DNA of 64,000 nucleotides from a bacterium. GTDB taxonomy: Bacteria > Zhuqueibacterota > Zhuqueibacteria > Residuimicrobiales > Krinioviventaceae. Shown here piece after piece: positions 39,877-48,068 of this stretch. Each line of letters opens with the position of its first letter. Positions within the stretch are counted from its first letter, which is position 1. The notes beneath the pieces are model-generated. The model did not search any database and was not told the origin of the DNA. It saw only the letters and a list, made by a program, of their open reading frames with translations. Position numbers and translations under genes: made by a program. The stretch covers positions 352,001 to 416,000 of the forward strand of contig CAXXMD010000003.1 in assembly GCA_963675755.2 (NCBI GenBank), read 5' to 3'.

Positions 39877-41219
39877 TAGGACTGATATGAATGGAGTTTG
39901 CGATACAACGTCTTTAAGCCAATATCTAACAGTTTTGCGGTTTTTTCTTTGTCGTGATTGCAGTATTCGTATATTTTGAGGATATGTTTACGTTCAACGG
40001 TTTGAAGTGTTTCAATTTGCTCTTCACTGAGCTGTTCCGCTTCCTGCCTTGCAAGATGCGCTTTTTGAATTTCAACAGGCAAATGAATGATTTTGGGCGG
40101 TTTGCCTTTTGATAACAGTAATGCCCGGTCAATTACATTTTCAAGCTCCCTTACATTACCCGGCCAATCATACATCATTAATGCTATAATAAATGATTCA
40201 GAAAACTGCATGGTGCATTGTTTTCTGCGGATAAAATGCTCCATAATTAAGGGTATATCCTGCTTTCTTTCTCGCAATGGCGGCAAGGTTATCTCGAATC
40301 CGGCGAGTCTAAAATACAGGTCTTTTCTAAACATACCATTTTCAATTTCCTCTTCCAGATTACGATTTGTAGAACAAACAAACCGAACATCCACATTTAT
40401 TTCTGCAGTTCCACCTACCCTGCGCACCGTACCGGTTTCTACAACTCGCAACAGCTTGGCTTGCAGTTCAATAGGCATTTCTCCAATCTCATCCAGAAAC
40501 AAGGTTCCTTGGTTTGCGACTTCAAATAAACCGTATTTACGATTAATAGCTCCGGAGAAAGCTCCTTTTTCATGTCCAAAAAACTCACTTTCAAGTAAAT
40601 CTTGGGGAATTGCCGCACAGTTGACAGGAATAAAAGGTTCATTGCTTCGCGAACTCTTTTGATGTATGGCCTTGGCAATCAACTCTTTACCCGTACCGCT
40701 CTCTCCGGTCACCAGTACAGAGATATCAGAATCTGCAACAGAATCAACCTGTTCAAGCGTTTTGTGTAATTTCTCAGATTTGCCTGCAATTGCCGGAAAT
40801 TGTTCACGATGTAACTGTTGTTTTAACTTTTGATTTTTTTCATATAGCAGCTTGTTCTGATATAACCGTTCAACCACTTTATTAATTTTATCAAGATCAA
40901 AGGGTTTGGTAAAATAATCATCAGCGCCAATTTTAATTGCCTCAACGGCTCCCTGAATGGATGAATATCCTGTAACCAATATAACCTGGGCATTGATATC
41001 AAACGATTTGATCATTTTCAATAGTTCAATACCATCAATCTTGCTCATGACTACATCAGATATCACAAGATCATATACATACTGTCGATAGAGCTGAAAT
41101 GCCTCTATTGCAGTACCAATAGTTTCAACCTGATACCCCTGACTATTGAGGAAATCTGCCAGACTTTCCCGCAAGTCAAGATCATCATCCACAATCAATA
41201 TATTAAAATCGCGGTTCAA
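39876..41219 (-). CDS. sigma54-dependent response regulator (NtrC/AtoC/ZraR family)
   Basis: Receiver domain (ILIVDDD, D..M..IDG, KPF), GESGTGKE, ESEFFGHEKGAFSGA, FLDEIGE, WPGNVREL, Fis HTH. Confidence 0.95.
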   Translation of the reverse strand: MNRDFNILIVDDDLDLRESLADFLNSQGYQVETIGTAIEAFQLYRQYVYDLVISDVVMSKIDGIELLKMIKSFDINAQVILVTGYSSIQGAVEAIKIGADDYFTKPFDLDKINKVVERLYQNKLLYEKNQKLKQQLHREQFPAIAGKSEKLHKTLEQVDSVADSDISVLVTGESGTGKELIAKAIHQKSSRSNEPFIPVNCAAIPQDLLESEFFGHEKGAFSGAINRKYGLFEVANQGTLFLDEIGEMPIELQAKLLRVVETGTVRRVGGTAEINVDVRFVCSTNRNLEEEIENGMFRKDLYFRLAGFEITLPPLRERKQDIPLIMEHFIRRKQCTMQFSESFIIALMMYDWPGNVRELENVIDRALLLSKGKPPKIIHLPVEIQKAHLARQEAEQLSEEQIETLQTVERKHILKIYEYCNHDKEKTAKLLDIGLKTLYRKLHSYQS

Positions 41220-42288
41220 TATCCTTTCCCTGCGCTATAGGTAATAATACTGTAAACGTAGTTCCTTCATACAACATACTGGTAACAAATATGGTCCCGT
41301 TGTGTTCCTGAACAATACTATGACAAATAAAAAGGCCTAATCCTGTACCTTTACCCGGAGGTTTTGTAGTAAAAAATGGATCAAAAATATGATTTTTAAT
41401 TTTATCAGGGATCCCATCACCTGTATCACTTGTACTGATCATAACACATTCTTGCCCCTTGTAAACCATATTTTTTGTAATAACTGTAATTTTACCATTT
41501 GTATGAATTGCATCCATTGCATTGATTAACAGATTTAACAACACCTGCTCGATTTTGGTTTTAATAGCAGAAATTGCCTTTAAATCCGGATCAAGTTGGG
41601 TTATAAACTCTATACTGTTTTTCTTTAATTGTGTCTCTAAAAGACTATTGACGGTTTGTATTAATTTATTAATATCAACAGATTCATAAAACTGGTCAGC
41701 ATTTCTGGAAAATCCCAACAGATTTTGGATGATATCCGCCATACGGTCTACATTCTCATCAATATTCATAGCCTGTTTTAAAAGCTTTTCATCATCAATT
41801 GCATTGGCAATAATCTTCATTCGGGTTTTAATAACAGTAAGGGGAGTATTTAATTGATGGGCCATACCCGCAGCAAGCTGACCCACGGTTTCCATTTTAT
41901 GTGATTGGTAGAGTCGCTGTTCAAGCTGTTTTTTCTGGGTTATATCTGTTACCATTAATAAATAAACAAAGCTGAGACCATTTTCATTTTTAACGGGCCA
42001 GGTCTTTATATTAACCGGTATCAAATTGCCGTTTTTGTGTATACATTCTATTTCAAACTCTTTTGCAATTTGATCATTGTCAATCTCAACCCAGGTCTTT
42101 TCAATTATTTCAGTCCATTTAAGGGGAAGCAATTGTGTAAAGGCCAGCCCTTCTAGTTCAGAATGTTCGTACCCCAGCAGCTCACAAAACGAGGTATTTA
42201 CGCCGGTGATGGTGTGATCTTTAGCCAAAAATACAATTCCATCTTTACTGGTATCAAATAAAAATTTGTAATCTGAACAGTTGGGCAT
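41203..42288 (-). CDS. Cytoplasmic PAS sensor histidine kinase (NtrB-like)
   Basis: PAS/PAC then GQLAAGMAHQLNTPL, QVLLNLLINA, DTGDGI, FDPFFTTK..GKGTGLGL. Confidence 0.92.
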   Translation of the reverse strand: MPNCSDYKFLFDTSKDGIVFLAKDHTITGVNTSFCELLGYEHSELEGLAFTQLLPLKWTEIIEKTWVEIDNDQIAKEFEIECIHKNGNLIPVNIKTWPVKNENGLSFVYLLMVTDITQKKQLEQRLYQSHKMETVGQLAAGMAHQLNTPLTVIKTRMKIIANAIDDEKLLKQAMNIDENVDRMADIIQNLLGFSRNADQFYESVDINKLIQTVNSLLETQLKKNSIEFITQLDPDLKAISAIKTKIEQVLLNLLINAMDAIHTNGKITVITKNMVYKGQECVMISTSDTGDGIPDKIKNHIFDPFFTTKPPGKGTGLGLFICHSIVQEHNGTIFVTSMLYEGTTFTVLLPIAQGKDIEPRF

Positions 42289-42339
42289 ATTAATATTAAC
42301 CCCTCTAAATTAAGAGAATAGTTGAATACAAATTCATAT

Positions 42340-42355
42340 AACAAGAATAATGCCA
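42340..42355 (-). promoter_or_regulatory. Putative sigma54 promoter TGGCAT-TATTC-TTGTT for the two-component pair
   Basis: -24/-12 geometry about 50 bp upstream of the kinase ATG. Confidence 0.5.
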
Positions 42356-42430
42356 GTTTTAACAGTTGATTGTAATTAATATATTTAATAAGCGTTTATG
42401 GTACAAAAATGCCCCTGGATCTATTGAAAT

Positions 42431-42464
42431 AAAAAAGGGATGACAACGATAGAGTTATCACCCC
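42431..42464 (-). terminator. Possible terminator at the end of the GH109 genes
   Basis: Imperfect GGGATGACAAC/GTTATCACCC stem with an A run on the + strand. Confidence 0.4.
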
Positions 42465-42475
42465 ATGAAAAAAAA

Positions 42476-43879
42476 TTATGCAATAATCTGAAGCGGATTG
42501 GTATTTTTCCACTCACCACGGGTAAAATCAGGAAAGACTTGTGGTGATCCATCTTGAGCAACAGAATCTTCGCTTAACGGTCCTACCGCACTCCAGAAAC
42601 ACCCTTCATATACATTCTGGTCCATCGGCAGTCCTTTCCGCAGACATTCAATGATGCGATAAAGCATAATAAAATCCATTCCACCATGTCCACCCATCTT
42701 TTTCGCCAGTTCACCCAAACGAACATACAACGGATGTTCATACTTTTCATAAATAGCATGTAACTTTTCACCTTCTACCCATTCATGATGTGTTTCAGTT
42801 ACACCTTCCACACCGCCTTCAAGGGCTATTCGTGCAGGAAAACCCGCCAGCGTTCCTTTGGTTCCCTGGATCAAATTATGACGGGTATAAGGACGTGGAC
42901 TGGTTTCGTCCCATTGTACCATAATCGTTCGACCGATACCGGTTTTAATTATTGATGTATTAATATCACCACCTTGAAAATCCAGCTGGTTCCATTTGTG
43001 TTCCGGTGGAAAATGTGATTTTGCCCAGGCATTCCTGCCTTTTGCAGGTGAAGAAAAAGCAACGATACGGGAGAAATAATCTTCCCCACGGGCAAGGTTC
43101 ATATATTGCGCAACAGGTCCTAATCCATGAGTAGGATACAGGTTACCGTTACGTTTGGAATAATGATATGTACGCCACGATCCGGTTCCACGTTCTACAT
43201 CGTTCATCTGAGTACGTAGTTCATGAATATAAGCGGCTTCTCCATGTAACAGTTCACCAATAACTCCCTGCCGACACATATTGAGATAGAGCAGTTCTTC
43301 ACGCCCGTAATTAACGTTCTCCATCATCATACAATGCTTGCCGGTCTTTTCAGAAGTATTTACAATCTCCCACATTTCTTTCAAGTTTATACCAATAGGG
43401 ACCTCAACAAACGCATGAGCTCCATTTTTCATGGCTTCAATAACCATTGGCGCATGCAGTCTCCAGGGGGTAGCTATAATTACAGCGTCGGGTTTAACAT
43501 CAGCCAGCATTTTTTTCCATAAATTTTCATCACCAAAATAGGTAGCAATATTCTGGTGACGGGTGCCCTTGCCCCGTTCTTTACAGGCATTAGCGGTTTT
43601 CATTGCCAGATCTTCATACAGATCACTGATTGCAACAATTTCGGTCCCTTCTATCTCGGCAATCTGGTGTGCATGACCGGGTCCACGCGATCCGACTCCA
43701 ATAAATGCACATCTTACGGTCTCTATTGGTGGTGCTGCATAATCGCCCATGTATTTTGAACCGGTAGGACGGTCCTTTTGTTGACTGCCTGCTCCATTAC
43801 ACCCCAGAATTATTCCAGCCCCAATACCGCTTATAGATTTGATAAATCCGCGGCGATTAAAAGCATTACTGTTTTCCAT
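42476..43879 (-). CDS. GH109 family NAD+-dependent glycosidase (alpha-N-acetylgalactosaminidase-like), Tat lipoprotein
   Basis: Tat RRGFIK and LGC lipobox; IGVGSRG, ATPW..H, MMMENVNY, YPTHGLGP, GGHGGMDF, PDFTRG; ATG at 43879 with GAGG RBS. Confidence 0.88.
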   Translation of the reverse strand: MENSNAFNRRGFIKSISGIGAGIILGCNGAGSQQKDRPTGSKYMGDYAAPPIETVRCAFIGVGSRGPGHAHQIAEIEGTEIVAISDLYEDLAMKTANACKERGKGTRHQNIATYFGDENLWKKMLADVKPDAVIIATPWRLHAPMVIEAMKNGAHAFVEVPIGINLKEMWEIVNTSEKTGKHCMMMENVNYGREELLYLNMCRQGVIGELLHGEAAYIHELRTQMNDVERGTGSWRTYHYSKRNGNLYPTHGLGPVAQYMNLARGEDYFSRIVAFSSPAKGRNAWAKSHFPPEHKWNQLDFQGGDINTSIIKTGIGRTIMVQWDETSPRPYTRHNLIQGTKGTLAGFPARIALEGGVEGVTETHHEWVEGEKLHAIYEKYEHPLYVRLGELAKKMGGHGGMDFIMLYRIIECLRKGLPMDQNVYEGCFWSAVGPLSEDSVAQDGSPQVFPDFTRGEWKNTNPLQIIA

Positions 43880-44075
43880 TTCGACCTCTGATTGTTCATT
43901 TATTTTGAGTTTTTTATGTCTATTCATAATGGTTCAAGATTATTACTAATATCTTCAATCCTGCTGCAAAAATCAACCAATATCTGTTGACCAGATTAAT
44001 GCAATACAAATACCGGCGTTAAAATCAAAACGTTTTACTGATTTTCAATTCGAGATTTGCCCTAAGGAATAATAA

Positions 44076-45425
44076 TCAGGCTCCTATAATTCCAATAGGC
44101 TCACGGTTTTTCCAGGTCCCTCGGGTAAAATCCGGTATATCCACAGGACTACTTTTATGGGCCACTGAAATCTCACTCAAGGGTGATATCACACTCCACG
44201 ATGTGGCATCATATACATCCAGATCAGGATTTTTCCCTTCCCGCAGGCATTTGATCAAACGGTAATCTTCAATAAAATCCATTCCACCATGACTGGCGCC
44301 TTTGGATTTCTCCTCAAGCTCTTTCCACAAAGGATGTTCATATTCATCCTGATATACCTGAAATTCTTCCCATTCATGTTTTGGGCTTTTACCTTCAATA
44401 TGAATTCGTGACGGCCATTTTTCAGCAATACCTCGGGTTCCCTGAATCACATTCTTACGACTGTATGGACGGGGTAGATTGGTATCATGGTATAGCGTTA
44501 TGGAACGCCCCTGTTTGGTTTGTATCAAGCTTACATTTATATCGCCCAGGGTAAATTTTTGCCGGGCCCAGTTACTGTCTGCTCCATATTTCTCTACAGC
44601 AAATTCGTGTAAACCTGCTGCTTTACTGCTCATGGAAACCATAAAATCAAACTGATCACCACGGTTTACATTCATACACTGTGCAGCCGGTCCCAAACCA
44701 TGGGTTGTATAAAGATTACCATTGCGTTTGATGGAATGCTCTGTCCGCCAGATCGCCTCTCCTTTGGATTCAAAATCAAACTTGCCCTCACGTAGATCGT
44801 GCAAATATCCAACTTCGGCATGAACAATTTCACCCAGCAAACCCTTGCGAACCAAATTCAGCACCATGAGTTCAATTCTATCATAACAGCAGTTTTCCAT
44901 CATGATACAATATTTTTTTGTCCGTTCACTGGTCTCAACCAACTGCCAGCACTCGTCAATGGTTAACGCGGCAGGCACCTCTGTTGCAGCATGCTTGCCG
45001 GATTCCATTGCGGTTACACAGATAGGAGTATGCCATTTCCAGGGAGTTGCGGTATAAACCAGGTCAATATCATCACGGTCGCAAAGACGATAAAAATCAT
45101 ATTCGCCTTTGGAATATCCTTCAGGTACATACTTGCCTGCTTCTTTACACATATTCTGTACCCGCTCAATACGCTCCGTAAAGAGATCACCCACAGCACG
45201 AATCTCAACACCATCAATTTTCAACAAATTACGAACATGTGCTGTGCCCATTCCTCCAACACCTACAAAACCTATACGTACTTTGTCTAAAGGTTTTGCT
45301 GTAAAAAATTCAGGCTGGGTTGTTAAACGTTCAGTTGAAGCATATTTCCCCACAACAGCCCCCAACGGAGCGGCTGCACCCACTTTTAAAAAATCACGAC
45401 GATTACATTTGGACCTGCTTTTCAC
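44076..45425 (-). CDS. GH109 family glycosidase, Tat-exported paralog
   Basis: Tat RRDFLK; GVGGMG, ATPWKWH, MMENCCY, YTTHGLGP, HGGMDF, PDFTRG; GTG at 45425 after GGAGG. Confidence 0.88.
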   Translation of the reverse strand: MKSRSKCNRRDFLKVGAAAPLGAVVGKYASTERLTTQPEFFTAKPLDKVRIGFVGVGGMGTAHVRNLLKIDGVEIRAVGDLFTERIERVQNMCKEAGKYVPEGYSKGEYDFYRLCDRDDIDLVYTATPWKWHTPICVTAMESGKHAATEVPAALTIDECWQLVETSERTKKYCIMMENCCYDRIELMVLNLVRKGLLGEIVHAEVGYLHDLREGKFDFESKGEAIWRTEHSIKRNGNLYTTHGLGPAAQCMNVNRGDQFDFMVSMSSKAAGLHEFAVEKYGADSNWARQKFTLGDINVSLIQTKQGRSITLYHDTNLPRPYSRKNVIQGTRGIAEKWPSRIHIEGKSPKHEWEEFQVYQDEYEHPLWKELEEKSKGASHGGMDFIEDYRLIKCLREGKNPDLDVYDATSWSVISPLSEISVAHKSSPVDIPDFTRGTWKNREPIGIIGA

Positions 45426-45555
45426 CTGCTCCTCCTGTTGATAATGTTTGCAATGATAAATTCTGTTTAAATATAATATTGATTGCTCCCATACTGGCAG
45501 GCAAATTGTATAAAAGGCATTCACAATAATGGATTTATCTATTGTGCGTCCAGAG

Positions 45556-47073
45556 TTACATTTTCTCCGGTGGAACACAAAACCAGCTCAACTGTTCATC
45601 AACTGACAAATCATTCGGAAGCTTGTTAGCAAATGGATGTGTTTGTTTAAAATGGTTCAACATTATATTTTGCATTTTTTTCAAAATTTCTGAATTCTCT
45701 GCAAGATTTGCAACATCCCGATGTTCAAAAGGATCATTCACCACATCATACAATCTATGCATCAATCCCGATGGACCGTTGCCGGTTGCATAGCCCTGTC
45801 CCAGATCACTTACCCCGGAGGTAAATATATATTTCCACTTTTCCGTGCGGATCATGGCCTTGTTGTCTATTAAAAACTCGGAAAACACATAAGGCTTGTG
45901 TTCAGTTGTTTTGTTCTCAATCAAAGGTACCAGACTTTTACCCTGTACCTGCTGCATCTGATCCAATCCTAAAAGATCAGTTATTGTAGGAGCCAGATCC
46001 ACAAATTCGCAAATGGGATCAATTTCGTTTTCAGCATCACAACGGTTACCGGGTCGAAGAATCAACGGAGAACGTACAGCTTCTTCCCACATCATGTGTT
46101 TTTCAAACCGTTTATGATGACCCAACAGGTAACCCTGATCCCCTATATATATGACAAGTGTTTCATCCGCCAGCCCTTGCTTGTCCAGTTCGTCTAATAT
46201 AATCCCCACATTCTTGTCCAGATACTCTACAGAAGTATAACAAGAAGCGATAATGCCCTTTTTATCTTTATCGCTCAGGTCTTTAAAAATTGCGGGTATC
46301 CACCGATCGTCTTGATCACTTACCGGCGGCAGTTTTATATCATCAGGATTGTATTTTTTCTGATATTCTATTGGAAAATTAAATGGAGAATGCGGTTCAT
46401 GAAAGCCAACCCACAGGCAGAATCGCTCGTCTTTATGATCTCGAATAAATCCGGCAGATTCATTGGCAAGATATGTTCCCAGATCATCCTTGTCATAATA
46501 TTCCGAAGGCAGTCCATCTGCGTTTAACCAGATTCTTGCGGGCGTTTTAAACGGCTTCCAAACAGGACGGTGTTCCAATGTTTCCGGTGTCTTTTGAGGA
46601 GGATTTGCCTGCAAATATTCTTTCCAGGCTTTAGTATCTTTGAGCACATCAAAACCGTGGGGCAAATCATTATTAAAATGGGTTTTGCCAATCACTCCGG
46701 TAGCAAAGCCATAGGTTTTCAAATGCTCCGCTATGGTTTCCTGTTTATCAGAAAATGAAGTCTGCAGCAGGGTTACACCGCTGGCATGCGGATACCGCCC
46801 AGTTAATAACGACTGCCGGGAAGCACTGCACACCGGTGCATTGGCGTATGCGTGTGAAAAACGAACACTTTTTGTCGCCAGCTTGTCCAGATTGGGGGTT
46901 TTCACCAAATCATTTCCATAACAGCCCAGTGCATGTGCGGCATGATCATCCCCAATAATACATATCACATTCTTTAATGGTTTAGCGGGTTTACGAGCAC
47001 AACTCCAGGGAGCTGTTAATCCTGCTAATGTAAATACGGCAGACTGTTTTAAAAACTGGCGTCTTGTTTTCAT
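45556..47073 (-). CDS. Formylglycine-dependent sulfatase (S1), Tat lipoprotein
   Basis: RRQFLK and WSC; DDH, TPNLD.LA, CSASRQSLLTG, GKTH, EPHSP, GDQG. Confidence 0.9.
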   Translation of the reverse strand: MKTRRQFLKQSAVFTLAGLTAPWSCARKPAKPLKNVICIIGDDHAAHALGCYGNDLVKTPNLDKLATKSVRFSHAYANAPVCSASRQSLLTGRYPHASGVTLLQTSFSDKQETIAEHLKTYGFATGVIGKTHFNNDLPHGFDVLKDTKAWKEYLQANPPQKTPETLEHRPVWKPFKTPARIWLNADGLPSEYYDKDDLGTYLANESAGFIRDHKDERFCLWVGFHEPHSPFNFPIEYQKKYNPDDIKLPPVSDQDDRWIPAIFKDLSDKDKKGIIASCYTSVEYLDKNVGIILDELDKQGLADETLVIYIGDQGYLLGHHKRFEKHMMWEEAVRSPLILRPGNRCDAENEIDPICEFVDLAPTITDLLGLDQMQQVQGKSLVPLIENKTTEHKPYVFSEFLIDNKAMIRTEKWKYIFTSGVSDLGQGYATGNGPSGLMHRLYDVVNDPFEHRDVANLAENSEILKKMQNIMLNHFKQTHPFANKLPNDLSVDEQLSWFCVPPEKM

Positions 47074-47831
47074 TTAACCTCTTTGTCTACAAAGTATAAA
47101 GGTTCATTTTTCAATTGATTATGCGCGCGTGACCACAATTCCGGGGCCTCTAATAAATAAGAGTGGGCCTGCAATATCTTACCCTGGCGCAGTCCCTGTT
47201 TTATGCGTTCAACTTTATCATATCTCTGGATCCATCCATCAAAACCATGCCGACGATAGGTTTTAACTGCCTGATTCCCTTTTCCATCTACCAAGGTATG
47301 TTCCACATCCGGTCCCCAAAGATATTCGGGATTCACCAGTTCTTCAATACCATGCATAGATGTGTTGGGTTTTAATCCACAACCCAGCATCAAAATCTGG
47401 CCATTCAGGTTGCGTAACTGAGAAAATGGTGAATTACTGCCGCATGGAGTAGTATCAAGTATATGTTTTTCAAGGATCTTTTGTGCTTTTGGGCCCACAC
47501 CACAAACCGAATGGGTGGGGTGCATGCTGCGAATTGTACCTTCCCGCTTACGGAAATACTCGGGAATGGCGCCAACACAGGATGGAGTTTTTGCAATATC
47601 AAAAACGGATTGTTCAGGAGTAACGCTTTCATAAGACAATGCGGGCATTAACAACGTACCATCACCACCTATAGCTTTAAGAATTCCACGGATTACTGTT
47701 TCTGCGCCCCCGGGTACATGACCAAGTGCTTTTAACGAAGAATGTACCATCAAAACACCACCTTTGCGAACGCCAAGATTTTGCAAGCCATTGGCAATGT
47801 TTTGTTCAAATTGCTGGTTCATGTTTGTCAT
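47070..47831 (-). CDS. AAC(3)/Antibiotic_NAT family N-acetyltransferase
   Basis: LMVHSSL, GTLLMP, GAIPEYFR, RS.HPTHS, SPF, LG....NTSMH.IEE. Confidence 0.88.
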   Translation of the reverse strand: MTNMNQQFEQNIANGLQNLGVRKGGVLMVHSSLKALGHVPGGAETVIRGILKAIGGDGTLLMPALSYESVTPEQSVFDIAKTPSCVGAIPEYFRKREGTIRSMHPTHSVCGVGPKAQKILEKHILDTTPCGSNSPFSQLRNLNGQILMLGCGLKPNTSMHGIEELVNPEYLWGPDVEHTLVDGKGNQAVKTYRRHGFDGWIQRYDKVERIKQGLRQGKILQAHSYLLEAPELWSRAHNQLKNEPLYFVDKEVK

Positions 47832-48068
47832 AACGAGTCCTGCTGTTCTGAATTAATTTTCGATCTGTTTTATTATTGAAAAAATTACAAATATTAAATA
47901 TTGATTATATAGTATAAAAAATTCCAACAAAAAAACAGAAAAATTTTGGCCTCGCATTGATTCTGATAGTTAAATTATATTCAAAAAGGCAGTAACTGAA
48001 AGAACACGAAAAAAAAGAATTATACAAATTCTCACGTTTCTTTTATTGAAAAAAAAGTTTATACAGCA

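Noticed and set aside
43930-44075. Riboswitch or ncRNA between the GH109 genes
   Set aside because: No recognisable conserved aptamer or stable structure; a covariance-model search would be needed.
45426-45578. 51-aa N-terminal extension of GH109 in the ORF track
   Set aside because: A GTG with strong RBS and Tat signal at 45425 is the better start. The same reasoning was applied to the starts at 4206, 28626, 38343, 43879, 58433 and 59920.
47070-47831. Acquired aminoglycoside resistance gene
   Set aside because: There is no mobile context and it is coupled to a sulfatase; family membership alone does not show resistance.
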